A stretch of 64,000 nt of DNA from an uncultured Candidatus Binatia bacterium (GTDB lineage: Bacteria > Desulfobacterota > Binatia > UBA9968 > JAJDTQ01). The notes under the pieces are model-generated. The model did not search any database, was not told the origin of the DNA, and saw only the letters and a list, made by a program, of their open reading frames with translations. A program made the translations under genes and the position numbers. Each line of letters opens with the position of its first letter. Positions within the stretch are counted from its first letter, which is position 1. Shown here one piece after another: positions 19,555 through 29,769 of this stretch. The DNA is taken from assembly GCA_964291295.2 (NCBI GenBank), contig OZ219754.1:1760001-1824000 (forward strand), given 5' to 3'.

Positions 19555-19827
19555 ATGAAGATCAGGCACAAGGGACTGCGGGCGCTGCACGAGCGGGACA
19601 ATCCGGCACGGGTGCCTGCTACTCTCGCGCCACGGCTGAAGCGCATCCTGTTTCGGCTGCAAGAGGCAACGCATCCGGGCAGCGCCGATGCGCCGGGCTT
19701 CCGGTTGCATCCCCTGAAGGGCGCCCGCGCGGGCCAGTGGAGCGTCCGCGTCTCGGGCAACTGGCGCGTGGTGTTCCGCTTCGAGGACGGCGAGGCCGTG
19801 GATGTGGACCTGATCGACTATCACTGA
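19555..19827 (+). CDS. higB: HigB/RelE-family toxin (plasmid maintenance killer type)
   Basis: IRHKGLRAL, PGFRLHPLKG, WSVRVSGNWRVVFRF and DLIDYH motifs. Confidence 0.9.
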   Translation: MKIRHKGLRALHERDNPARVPATLAPRLKRILFRLQEATHPGSADAPGFRLHPLKGARAGQWSVRVSGNWRVVFRFEDGEAVDVDLIDYH

Positions 19828-19844
19828 CCGGAGGGAGTGTGACC

Positions 19845-20159
19845 ATGAACGATATTGCAGGAGATCGCGTCGGCCCGATGCTGAACCCGCCGCACCTGGG
19901 CGAACTCATCCGCGAGAGTATGGACGATGTGGGCTGGAACGTGACCGGTACCGCGGCTCGGCTCGGCTGCGAGCGGGGAACGCTGTCGCGCTTGCTGAAC
20001 GGCAAGGCGGGGGTGTCGGCCAACATGGCGCTGGCGCTGGAGGATATCGGCTGGGGAACCGCCGAACACTGGATGCGGATGCAGGCGAGCTACGAGCTTG
20101 CACAGGCGCGCCGGGACCGGGTTGCCGCCGGACGGCGTGCGGGTGCGCTGCGCGCATGA
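19845..20159 (+). CDS. higA: HigA-family HTH antitoxin
   Basis: NPPHLGELIRE, LSRLLNGKAGVS and WMRMQASYEL motifs. Confidence 0.9.
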   Translation: MNDIAGDRVGPMLNPPHLGELIRESMDDVGWNVTGTAARLGCERGTLSRLLNGKAGVSANMALALEDIGWGTAEHWMRMQASYELAQARRDRVAAGRRAGALRA

Positions 20160-20206
20160 CCGGGGCGCCCGCCGTCGGCACGGTCGGGTCTGATCGGGTC
20201 TGACTG

Positions 20207-20947
20207 ATGCGGCTGTCGTGGAACGAGGTTCGCACCCGCGCCGCCTCCTTCGCCGAGGACTGGAAGGATGCCGCCTACGAGAAGGGGGAGACGCAGAGCT
20301 TCTACAACGAGTTCTTCGAGTTCTTCGAGTTCTTCGGGAAGCGCCGTCGTGAGGTTGCCCGCTACGAGCAACACGTCTCCAAGCTCGACAATCGCTCCGG
20401 GTTCATCGACCTGTTCTGGCCGGGCGTGCTGATCGTCGAGCAGAAGAGCGCCGGGCGCGATCTGACGGCAGCACTCGAACAGGCCGGGGAGTATTTCGAC
20501 GCGCTGCCGGAACGCGAACGCCCGCGCTTCATCCTCGTGAGCGACTTCCAGACCTTCGAGCTTCACGATCTCGACGAGGGGGAGACCGTTGCTTTCCCGC
20601 TCGCCGACCTGCCCGCGCATGTCGAGTCGTTCGGCTTCATCCTCGGGGTGCAGCGCCGGACTTTCCGCGACCAGGACCCGGCGAACATCAAGGCGGCCGA
20701 GCTGGTCGGGCGGCTGCACGACGCGCTCGCCGATGCCGGACACCGGGGCCACGATCTTGAACGCTTTCTTGTGCGTGTCGTCTTCTGCATGTTCGCCGAC
20801 GACACCGGGGTGTTCGAGCCGCGCGACATCTTCCTCGACTTCATCGACACGCGCACCGGCGAGGACGGGGCCGATCTCGGACCGTGGCTCGCGCAACTGT
20901 TCGAGGTGCTCGATACGCCGGAGGACGAGCGCGCGGCTGAGCGGTAA
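20207..20947 (+). pseudogene. N-terminal fragment of an MmeI-like type IIL restriction-modification enzyme
   Basis: EKGETQSFYNEFF, FIDLFWPGVLIVEQKS, RFILVSDF and FCMFADDTGVF motifs; ends at 246 aa before the methyltransferase motifs. Confidence 0.8.
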
Positions 20948-21086
20948 TGCAGGAAGCAGCCGCGGCGGCGTTTCGTCGGGGAGCCGCGCGGCGGTGCGGG
21001 AGAAGCCGACCCGCAACCCCATGGAGTTGCGGGTGTTTCCTCCGGTTCACACACGGGCGGGCGCTTGCGGGATTTGCGCCCTTGGC

Positions 21087-21190
21087 GCGTGGGGTGTGAC
21101 GATAAAACTCCGAATGGAGTCGAAATCGGGCGAAGTTGCCGTGCATTTCACCACCGGCTGAAACGCCGGCTTCACAAGGGAGTGGAGCCG
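21087..21190 (+). repeat. ~100-bp dispersed repeat, copy 2
   Basis: GCGTGGGGTGTGACGATAAAACTCCGAATGGAGTCGAAATCGGGC...TGAAACGCCGGCTTCACAAGGGAGTGGAGC. Confidence 0.85.
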
Positions 21191-21499
21191 CGCGGGTGTG
21201 GTGGCGATTGCACAGGCCTTGCGGTCGGAGGCGGCGACGGCAGCACCTGTACGGCTGCGGACGGCAGTGCGGATGCCGGTGAACGGCGAAGCGGTCCCTG
21301 GCGGCGGCCTGCTCACGGTCCGGCCCTGTCTCTCCGCGGCGCGAGACGGTTCCGGGGCGGTGATTGGCGGAGACCGCCTTGACGGCTATACGGATACCGG
21401 CGGGTGCAGTGTCGGTGCGGCCTCCCCGGTCAGGGTGTCACGCGCCGGTCTCTTGATTGCATCGCAGTCACTGATAGAATGCAGCCGGAGGACGGGGGC

Positions 21500-21745
21500 A
21501 TGGCGAGCATCACGATCTGCAATCTCGATGACGACGTGAAGACGCGGCTGCGTGTGCGGGCAGCGGAACACCATCGCTCGATGGAGGAAGAGGCGCGCAT
21601 CATCCTGCGCGATGCGGTGAACGACGGGCGGGCCGCGCCCCGGAACCTCGCGAAGTTTACCCGCGAGTGCTTCGCGCCGTTGGGCGGCGTCGAGCTGGAG
21701 CTTCCCACGCGGGTCGCAATGCGCGAGCCGCCCGACTTCTCCTGA
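21500..21745 (+). CDS. FitA-like ribbon-helix-helix antitoxin
   Basis: MASITICNLDDDVKTRLRVRAAEHHRSMEEEARIILR. Confidence 0.88.
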   Translation: MASITICNLDDDVKTRLRVRAAEHHRSMEEEARIILRDAVNDGRAAPRNLAKFTRECFAPLGGVELELPTRVAMREPPDFS

Positions 21746-21755
21746 GCCGCCCGGG

Positions 21756-22178
21756 ATGTATGTCATGGACACCAATGTGGCGTCCGAACTGATGCGGCCT
21801 TCACCGGTTCCCGCTGTCTCGGCGTGGATTGCCAGTCGAGACGCGGAAGAGATGTACTTGTCAGCCGTGAGCGAGGCCGAGCTTCTGTACGGCGTCGCAG
21901 TCGTGCCGGCGGGCAGACGGCGGAATGAACTTTAGGCCGCCATGCTCCGATGGCTCGCCACCGGCTTCGCGGAGCGGATTCTGCCGTTCGACAGCGTCGC
22001 GGCGCAGGATTATGCGGACATCGCGGCGGGCCGGCGTTCCGCCGGACGTCCGATCTCGCCGGCGGACTGCCCGATCGCCGCCATCGCCCGCTCGCGCGGC
22101 ATGGCGGTGGTTACCCGCAACATCCGGGACTTCGAGGATACCGGCATCAAGGTCGTCGATCCCTGGACGGCGGCATGA
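21756..22178 (+). pseudogene. vapC: FitB/VapC PIN-domain toxin interrupted by an in-frame TAG (21933-21935)
   Basis: MYVMDTNVASELMRPSP...ELLYGV...RRNEL*AA..ILPFDS..ADCPIAAIAR..TRNIRDF..DPW. Confidence 0.85.
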
Positions 22179-22940
22179 GCGGCACGACGGAAGCCTTCGC
22201 CCGCGTGAAGACCGATGCGCTGCTCGCGGGTGCGGTTTGGAACCTGACGGACGGCGTGAGCGTCCTGTATGGGTATGCGCTGCCGGACGGCACACCGGCT
22301 GATTAAGTGCAAGCGGTTATTCGAGGCGCGCATCGTCACCCGCGTCCTGTTCCTGGTGGACCGGATCGCCTTGGCGCGGCAGGCCGAAGACGCATTCACC
22401 GACCATCTGCGGGACTACCCCTGCCATGTGCTGCAGCACTTCGATTCCCTCCAGTTCGGCCTCACGGCGACGCCGTGGACGGCGGCGGCCGACGCCCTTC
22501 TCGATACGGAGGACGGGCGGTTCGTGCGTGATACGCTGCGCTTCATCGAATTCGCCGAACCCACCTTCCGCCACGACCTGCGCCGGGCGATCAAGGAAGG
22601 CCATCGCGTGCCCTGCCACATTCGACCGGGCGAGCCGCGAGTGGCTGACGCTCGACGAGGACGGCCGCATCGTGCGCATGCCGGCCTCAAGGCGGAACAG
22701 GCGCGCTGGGCCGGTCTGATCGGCAGCCGGGTGCGGGCCGACGCGCCGAATATGGAGAATCTCGGCGAATGGGACTTCGACGCGCATCCCTTCGCCGCCC
22801 TCGGGGGCTACGACCAAGCGCGCGGCGAAGGCGCACTGGGCCAGCTGTTCGCGGGTATCAATGCTGCGGTGTACGGACCCCGGCAGGCTCGCGGCGAGGC
22901 CGAAATCCCCCGCGCCGGGGAGGGGGTAGCGCCGTGCCCA
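22175..22940 (+). pseudogene. hsdR: Heavily deleted type I restriction subunit R (EcoAI/EcoEI-like) remnant
   Basis: TEAFARVK.DALL...LPDGTPAD*, then RVLFLVDRIALARQA and GLTATP helicase fragments with large gaps. Confidence 0.7.
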
Positions 22941-23029
22941 CGATTTCTTGGACAAGACCTTGACTTGACTGGGTGGGGGCACATTCGTGCCAGGGTGGTC
23001 TTGATAGGACGGCTTGCGGAAAGGAGTGA

Positions 23030-23409
23030 ACCGGCGGCGATGGCCTTGATGAACTGAAGGGCGGTACAGGCGACGACATTCTGGACGGCGGCAAGGGCGG
23101 CGACACGCTCCAGGGCGGCGACGGCAACGACGTCATCCAGGGCCAGGAAGGCGACGACACGATGACGGGCGGCCAGGGTGACGACACGTTCTTCTTCGAT
23201 TCGGGAGACGGGAACGACATCATCACCGACTTCGGGAAGGTGATACGATTGATATAGCGGCCAGATCGCTGCGTGCCGAGCAGGTCGGCGGCGATGTCAT
23301 CATCCATTTCAGGGACGGCGACACCATCACCCTGTCGGGTGCGTCGGCAGACTTTCTGGTCCCCGGTGAGAACGTCATCAACGAGGCCGATTTCGACTTC
23401 ACGGGCTGA
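23030..23409 (+). pseudogene. C-terminal remnant of an RTX Ca-binding (type I-secreted) protein
   Basis: Not in the ORF track. Reads [67 protein letters not shown], then after a break QVGGDVIIHFRDGDTITLSG..NEADFDFTG*. Confidence 0.8.
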
Positions 23410-24323
23410 CGCGACCGGACGCGGGCAACTCACGGTTCCCGGGCGCCCGAACTGTCTGCCAGCCAAGGGGTGCCGGGGTGGATGGCTCGGTCCCGGCGGT
23501 TGCCGGGTTGACGCCGGTGCGTCATTCGACGGCCCGTGTGAGCGGGAGTATCTGGTGGCGGCTATGGGCCAATGGTCGTTCGGGGACGCTGCAAGGACCC
23601 GGCGAATCCGGGCACGACGGGAACGGTTGCATGGCCAAGGGCGATGGCCGCGAAGGATACCTGGTTCCGGGACACGATCATCGGAGCCTCCGCCATGCGG
23701 ACCGACCTTGCGCACACGGACGCCGATGTCTGGATGACCAGCGTGGCCGATCGCAACGCTTGCCCACGGCTCCCTTGTTTCGGCGGGACACGTCGTACAT
23801 CATGGCATCCGGATCGGACACCGAAGGACAGGGTCACAACCCGTCGTCCGGGAAACGCTTCCGCATGGCTTTGCTTCCGCATGGCTTCCCGGCCCCGGGC
23901 CATCCGATGGCCCGGGGCCTTGGCTCTGGCCAAGGAGGGGGAACCGCTTTCTCTCCGGCGAGGCCGACGCACCAAGCCGTGACGACACAGGCATGTCGCC
24001 CCATGCATCGGAGTGCTCCCCGTTGCCCGGCAATGGAGGCGGTTTCTCCCTTTACTCCTGGCGCGGGCGATGACGGCGGCGGCACGTCCTCGCCGCCCCA
24101 CAAGCGGGCGAGTGTGGCCGCGTCTTCCCGGCGGGCCGCGTCGAGGGACAAATCGGGAAAACGCCTCAAGGTGTTCTTGCGCCCGCGTCCCCGGATGCGA
24201 GGGCGACCCGCGTTGCATCGGCGACCCGCGCCGCATCTGCCTTCGGGACCCGGACGATCATCGGCTTCAGGTTCTCTCGCCGCGTTCATGACAGGCAGGA
24301 TCGGGCCGGGGGGAGCGTGAGTC

Positions 24324-25334
24324 ATGCGATACAGGATGCTGGGGGGGACGGGGCTTCGGGTTTCCGAGATCGGTTTCGGCTGCGGCAATGTCGGCGGCCT
24401 GATGACCCGGGACGGCCATGAGGCGCAACTGGCCGCGGTGCGTCGTGCGCTGGAGTTGGGAATCAACTATTTCGACACCGCCAGAGCCTACGGGGAGGGC
24501 AGGTCCGAGACCCACTTGGGACGGGTTCTCGCGGAGACCGGAGCCGAGGTGGTCCTTTCCACCAAGATTCGTCTCGACGCCGGCGCGTTGGACGATATCG
24601 CCGCCGCGGCGGCGGTCCAGACGGAACAGGGGCTGGCGCGTCTGGGGCGGCCTTCGGTGGACCTGATACAGCTCCATACCCGGCTCGTCAACCGCCGCGG
24701 CACCGGCCGTTTCGCCATGACCCCGGCCGATGTGCTGGGGCCGGGCGGGGTGGTGGATGGGTTCAAGCGTCTGCGTGACCGGGGTCGGGCAAGCTTCTTC
24801 GGCTTCACCGGACTGGGCGACGTGGAGGCCATTGAGGCGCTGGTGGACAGCGGCGAGTTCCATTCCTTCCAGGCCTACTACAACCTGCTCAATCCCAGCG
24901 CGGGGCAGGCCGTCCCGGAGGGGTTCAGCGCCCTGGACTACCGCGGCGTCATCGACCGGGCCGCGGCCCGGGGCATGGGCGTGGTGGTGATCCGGGTGCT
25001 CGCCGCCGGGGTGCTCAGCCCCACGCCGGAGTCGGGCGGCGGCACCAGCCGCGAGCCGCTGTCGGCGGGTTCCGACTACGAACGCGACGTGGCCCGGACC
25101 CGCCAACTGGGCTTTTTCATGCACCAGGGGCTCGAATCCCTGTCCCGTGCGGCCATCCGCTTCGCCCTCATGAAGCCCGAGGTCCATACGGTGCTGGTGG
25201 GGTTTTCCGACAACGCGCAGATCGACGAAGCCGCCGGGTGCTCCGGTGCGGGCGCGTTGCCGGAGGCGGCCATGGCCGGGCTGCGGGCGGTCTGGGACAG
25301 CGATTTCGGCTCCCGTCGGCCGCGGCGGGCGTGA
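24324..25334 (+). CDS. Aldo/keto reductase
   Basis: VSEIGFGC, GINYFDTARAYGEGRSE and DLIQLH motifs. Confidence 0.9.
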   Translation: MRYRMLGGTGLRVSEIGFGCGNVGGLMTRDGHEAQLAAVRRALELGINYFDTARAYGEGRSETHLGRVLAETGAEVVLSTKIRLDAGALDDIAAAAAVQTEQGLARLGRPSVDLIQLHTRLVNRRGTGRFAMTPADVLGPGGVVDGFKRLRDRGRASFFGFTGLGDVEAIEALVDSGEFHSFQAYYNLLNPSAGQAVPEGFSALDYRGVIDRAAARGMGVVVIRVLAAGVLSPTPESGGGTSREPLSAGSDYERDVARTRQLGFFMHQGLESLSRAAIRFALMKPEVHTVLVGFSDNAQIDEAAGCSGAGALPEAAMAGLRAVWDSDFGSRRPRRA

Positions 25335-25359
25335 GGCCCGGCCGCGGACGACGGCCCGG

Positions 25360-25680
25360 TCAGCCCCCTTGGGCGATGCGCTGCACGTGCTCCCGCACGA
25401 CATCCCGCGGGCATAACGCGATGAATCCCCTGGCTCCGAGGAAGAGCAGCAGGATGTCGTCGACGTGCCCCAGGGCGGGCAGCAGGTCGGGCAGCAGGTC
25501 GGCGGGCAGGATCAGATAGGCGAACACGCCCAGTGCCAGCGCCTTGGCCTTCATCCCCACCCGCGGGTCCTTGAACAGGCGCCAGAACAGCCGGATGAAG
25601 CTGGGCAGATGCCGCACCAGCCCCAGCAGCCGCCGGGGGCCCAGGCGCAGCAGGTAGGCGAGGGAACTGAGCCGGATCAT
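25360..25680 (-). CDS. DUF1232/YkvA family membrane protein
   Basis: KDPRV..KA...AYLILPADLLPDLLPALGHVDD motif. Confidence 0.85.
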   Translation of the reverse strand: MIRLSSLAYLLRLGPRRLLGLVRHLPSFIRLFWRLFKDPRVGMKAKALALGVFAYLILPADLLPDLLPALGHVDDILLLFLGARGFIALCPRDVVREHVQRIAQGG

Positions 25681-26666
25681 GGCGTTTCCGCGGGCCGGCC
25701 CGCGGCCGGAGCCGGTGCCACACGCCGGAACAGGGTGCCGCGGCGGCCCGCCAGCAAACCTGTCCCGCCGGTCCCTCTTTCCAGGGACACCGTCGTGAGC
25801 CGGTTCGGGGTGCCCAGCCGTTTCCTCTGCCACCGGGTGCCGTTCCAGCGAAGCGCGGCGCCCGCCTCTCCCACGGCCCAGCATTCGAGGCGGGAGGCGC
25901 AGTCGATGGCGCGCAGCCGGAAGATGGATGCGGGCACCTCCACTCTTGCCCAGGCGGCGCCGTCATAGGCGAACAGGGCGCCGTGGTCGCCCACGGCCCA
26001 GCCCCGGTCGCTCCCCGGCAGGACCAGGTCGTACATGCGCGGCACGTCCTCCATGTCGGCCTTGGTCCAGGCCGTGCCGTCCCAGCGCGCAAAAAAGCCA
26101 TCCCCCACCATCCACCCGGCCTGTCTCGACGAGAAGCGCATTGCCTGGATGGGACGCCTGTCCACAGGGCTCCTGGCCTCCCGCCACTCGCGGCCGTCCC
26201 ACTCGATGAGGCGGCCGTCCCGGGTGCCGGCGAAGCAATGGTCCGGTGCGGCGCAGCCGGCACCCCGCAACCGTGCCTGCAACGGATTGCGCCGGGACAG
26301 GGGATTGTCCACCCGGATCCAGACGTTGCCGTCGTAGTGGAGCGACAGGGCGTCGTCGCCGAAGACCCATACATCGTCGGCGGCGTTAACCACGAAGGTC
26401 CTGGGGCTTATCGGGTTCGGGTGGTCCACGGCCTTCAGGAGGGGTGTTCCGCGCCATTGCAGCAGCCGCCCGTCGGCGGTGCCGAGGTAGGCCCGGTTCC
26501 GGCCGAGGAGCGTGACGGCGTTGACGTGCGGCGGCGGTCTCTTCCCGGCGACGTCGCCGGCAACGCTCCAGGGAACCGTCTCCCAGGCGGCGCCGAATGC
26601 GGTGGCGGCGGCGAGACCGGTGGCGGTCAACAGGAAGGCGCCGCAGGCCCGCAGGCGTATCCGCAT
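25677..26666 (-). CDS. Secreted beta-propeller repeat protein (YCF48/WD40-like)
   Basis: Signal peptide; repeated W(A/M)VGxxG...(W/Y)DGxxW units. Confidence 0.75.
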   Translation of the reverse strand: MRIRLRACGAFLLTATGLAAATAFGAAWETVPWSVAGDVAGKRPPPHVNAVTLLGRNRAYLGTADGRLLQWRGTPLLKAVDHPNPISPRTFVVNAADDVWVFGDDALSLHYDGNVWIRVDNPLSRRNPLQARLRGAGCAAPDHCFAGTRDGRLIEWDGREWREARSPVDRRPIQAMRFSSRQAGWMVGDGFFARWDGTAWTKADMEDVPRMYDLVLPGSDRGWAVGDHGALFAYDGAAWARVEVPASIFRLRAIDCASRLECWAVGEAGAALRWNGTRWQRKRLGTPNRLTTVSLERGTGGTGLLAGRRGTLFRRVAPAPAAGRPAETP

Positions 26667-26872
26667 GCGTTTCGGTCGAGATCGCTCGCCGCCGCGTTTG
26701 CACCTGGCGGCAGCGAACCGGGCCGTGGCGCGCAGGCGCGCAGCCTTGTTGTACGAACTGCCGGCCGGACCGTTCCGCATTTCCCGCATCCGCGGCATGG
26801 CCCGTCGGGGACCGGCGACTTCATCCAGGGTGATGGGGGTGGTTCCGCCTTCGAATTCGATCATGTTCCCGG

Positions 26873-26974
26873 GAATGACACACCAGAATGAGCAGCAGAA
26901 TGACACACCAGAATGAGCAGCAGAATGACACACCAGAATGAGCAGCAGAATGACGTACCCGATGACGCACCAGA
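26873..26974. repeat. Tandem repeat: 3 perfect x 25 bp (GAATGACACACCAGAATGAGCAGCA) plus a degenerate fourth unit
   Basis: Units at 26873, 26898 and 26923; degenerate unit from 26948. Confidence 0.95.
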
Positions 26975-27172
26975 GGGGCGTGTCGGGACCGTATCGGAGG
27001 ATAACCGGAGGATAACTTCGCCCCGGAACCGTGTCAACGCCGGCGTGCCCCCGGGGGCTTCCCGGAGACCCCGCGGAAAGGGTGCGGAGCGGCGCCGGCG
27101 CCGTTTTGACAACACTCGGGGTTCGCGCTACTTCTACGTTTCGGCCGCTTCGTCTCTCGGAGGAAAACGCGG

Positions 27173-28771
27173 ATGGATTCTCGCGACCACATACAGGCCT
27201 CGGTGCGCATCAGCGGCAACGGGGATTCGGGCAGGGGGGACGGTGCGTTCCGCGCCCGGGACCCCGTGACCGTGGTGATCTTCGGGGCCTCCGGCGACCT
27301 CAGCAAGCGCAAGCTGATCCCGGCGCTGTACCATCTCGGGCAGGAGGGCTACCTGCCGGACCGCTACGCGGTGGTGGGCTTCTCCCGCACGGCAATGACC
27401 GACGAGTCCTATCGCGAACGCATGGTCGGCGAGATGCGCCGGGACTTCGGGGAGGTGGACGCCGGCAGCCCGTTGTTCGCGGCACTCCACTACCAGCCCG
27501 GCGACAACACCGACATCGAGTCGTTCCGGAAGCTCAAGGCCAGGCTCGACGCGCTGGACGCCCAACGGGAGCTGCCGGGAAACCGGCTTTTCTATCTCTC
27601 GGTGGCCCCGGAGTTCTTCACGCCCATCATCCGGAATCTCGACGCCGCCGGACTGATCCGGCGCCTCGACGAGGCGCAGTGGTCGCATGTGATCATCGAG
27701 AAGCCCTTCGGACACGACCTGCGGAGCGCCCGGGTGATGAACGACGAGGTCACCGGCATCCTTGACGAGAGCCAGATATATCGAATCGATCACTATCTCG
27801 GCAAGGAGACCGTCCAGAACATTCTGAGCTTCCGTTTCGGCAACGCCATCTTCGAGCCGCTGTTCAACCAGAAGTATGTGGAGAACGTCCAGATCACGGT
27901 GGCCGAGACCCTGGGCATGGAGGGGCGTCGCGGCGTTTTCTACGACAGGGCCGGGGCGCTGCGGGACATCGTGCAGAACCACATGCTGCAACTGCTCTGC
28001 CTCATTGCCATGGAGCCGCCGGCGGCGGTGGAGCCCGTGTCCATCCGTGACGAGAAGGTCAAGCTGCTGCGGGCGCTGGTGCCCTACGCCACGCCCGAAG
28101 AGGTGGCGGCCAACACGGTGCGGGGTCAGTACGGCTTCGGCGAGCTGAACGGGGATGTGGTGAAGGGCTTTCGGCAGGAGGAGGGGGTGGACAGCCTGTC
28201 GGTCACCGAGAGCTACGTGGCGTTGCGGGCCAAGATCGACAACTGGCGCTGGGCCGGAATCCCCTTCCTGCTGCGTACCGGCAAGCGCCTGCGCAACCGC
28301 GTGTCGGAGATCGCGGTACAGTTCCGGCACCCGCCGCTGCGCCTGTTTCGCCACCGGGCCGCCGCCATGGAGGCGGCCAGCGCCAATGTGCTGATCCTGA
28401 GGATCCAGCCCAAGGAGGGCATCAGCCTCTCCTTCGCGTGCAAGCGTCCCGGGATGCAGATCGACCTGGCAAGGGTCAACATGGATTTCGTCTATGACGC
28501 CTTCGCGCAGCGCTCTCCCGAAGCCTACGAGAGGCTGCTGCTGGACGCCATGCGCGGGGACGCGTCGCTGTTCACCCGTTCCGACGAGGTGGACTACGCG
28601 TGGCGCTTCACCGATTCGATCCTCTCGGGTTGGGACCAGCTCCCGGCGCCCCGTTTCCCCAACTACTATCCGTTCACCGACGGCCCCGACGAAGCCGACC
28701 GGCTGCTGCAGGACAGCAGCACCGGTTGGCGCCCGCTCGGTCAGATGGGCATCGCCGAGGTCGGCAGGTGA
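27173..28771 (+). CDS. zwf: Glucose-6-phosphate 1-dehydrogenase
   Basis: [17 protein letters not shown] and RIDHYLGKE motifs. Confidence 0.97.
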   Translation: MDSRDHIQASVRISGNGDSGRGDGAFRARDPVTVVIFGASGDLSKRKLIPALYHLGQEGYLPDRYAVVGFSRTAMTDESYRERMVGEMRRDFGEVDAGSPLFAALHYQPGDNTDIESFRKLKARLDALDAQRELPGNRLFYLSVAPEFFTPIIRNLDAAGLIRRLDEAQWSHVIIEKPFGHDLRSARVMNDEVTGILDESQIYRIDHYLGKETVQNILSFRFGNAIFEPLFNQKYVENVQITVAETLGMEGRRGVFYDRAGALRDIVQNHMLQLLCLIAMEPPAAVEPVSIRDEKVKLLRALVPYATPEEVAANTVRGQYGFGELNGDVVKGFRQEEGVDSLSVTESYVALRAKIDNWRWAGIPFLLRTGKRLRNRVSEIAVQFRHPPLRLFRHRAAAMEAASANVLILRIQPKEGISLSFACKRPGMQIDLARVNMDFVYDAFAQRSPEAYERLLLDAMRGDASLFTRSDEVDYAWRFTDSILSGWDQLPAPRFPNYYPFTDGPDEADRLLQDSSTGWRPLGQMGIAEVGR

Positions 28772-28793
28772 GGGGCGTTCCCGGCCATCGGCG

Positions 28794-29765
28794 ATGTCGA
28801 CGCAAAGCCTGACGGACCTGCTGTCGCGGTTTCGCCACGGCACCTTCGAGGTCGAGGGCTCCCGGGTCCACTACATGGAGTGCGGCGACCCGAGCCAGGA
28901 GACCTGCGTCTTCATCCACGGCAACCGGGACCACTGCCACAGTTGGGATTTCCTGCTGGAGTCCTTCGACAAGGCGGGTTTCACCCTGCCCCACGTGGTC
29001 TCCCTCGACCTCCGCGGTCACGGCGACAGCGGCTGGGTGGGCCGGGAGCGGGGTTACCGGCACGAGGACTTCGTCCTGGACGTGGTGGGTCTGCTCCGGC
29101 ATCTGAAGAAGGACGCCGTGACGCTGGTGGCCCATTCCCTGGGCGGCAGCATGGCGGTGGTGTTCGCCGGGGCGCTGCCGGAGAAGGTCCGGCGCCTGGC
29201 GATCATCGAAGCCGCCGGCCCCTACGGTCGGACTGATCAGGAGGCTCCGGAACTTTTCGGGCGGTGGACCCGGGACGATGGCTCGGACACGATTCTCACC
29301 CACTATGCCACCGTGGGACAGGCGGCGGACGCCATTTGCCGGCGCTTCCCGCGGGTTCCCAACCGGGCGGCCATGCACATGGCGCGCCATGGGACCCGCC
29401 GGACCCCCCACGGATGGGTGTGGAAATACGATCCGCGGGCCCGCAACCCGTCGTACTCGTCCTTCTCCGAAAGCCAGGTCCGGGCCTTTATCGAACGCAT
29501 CGACTGCCCGACGCTGCTGGTGTTCGGAGCCGATTCGGGCTACCGGGAGTCGCCCCGCTACAGCCGGATCGACCATTTCAGGAACAGGACGCTGGTGGAG
29601 ATTCCCGGCACCGGGCATCACGTGCAGCAGGAAAAGCCGGACGAACTCGCCGCCGTGCTGATGCCGTTCCTGGACCCGGCGGCGGCGCCGGGGCGCACCG
29701 CCGCCGTGGTCCCGGCGAAAGCGGCACCCGCGGCGGGGTGCGCCGCCGACAGTCGAGGAGGATGA
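28794..29765 (+). CDS. Alpha/beta hydrolase
   Basis: IHG, DLRGHGDS, AHSLGG nucleophile elbow and GHH motif. Confidence 0.88.
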   Translation: MSTQSLTDLLSRFRHGTFEVEGSRVHYMECGDPSQETCVFIHGNRDHCHSWDFLLESFDKAGFTLPHVVSLDLRGHGDSGWVGRERGYRHEDFVLDVVGLLRHLKKDAVTLVAHSLGGSMAVVFAGALPEKVRRLAIIEAAGPYGRTDQEAPELFGRWTRDDGSDTILTHYATVGQAADAICRRFPRVPNRAAMHMARHGTRRTPHGWVWKYDPRARNPSYSSFSESQVRAFIERIDCPTLLVFGADSGYRESPRYSRIDHFRNRTLVEIPGTGHHVQQEKPDELAAVLMPFLDPAAAPGRTAAVVPAKAAPAAGCAADSRGG

Positions 29766-29769
29766 ATTC

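Noticed and set aside
18871-21190. Integron attC sites around the TA cassettes
   Set aside because: No RYYYAAC/GTTRRRY ends, no full-length palindrome and no integron integrase; kept only as an unexplained repeat
23410-24300. Several overlapping ORFs (e.g. 23478-24320); similar ones at 18660-19550 and 38790-39280
   Set aside because: No recognisable motifs or RBS and low-complexity GC-driven translations; probably intergenic or unrecognisably decayed DNA
26873-26974. Possible CRISPR array (also 8872-8970)
   Set aside because: The units are directly adjacent with no unique spacers, and there are no cas genes in the window
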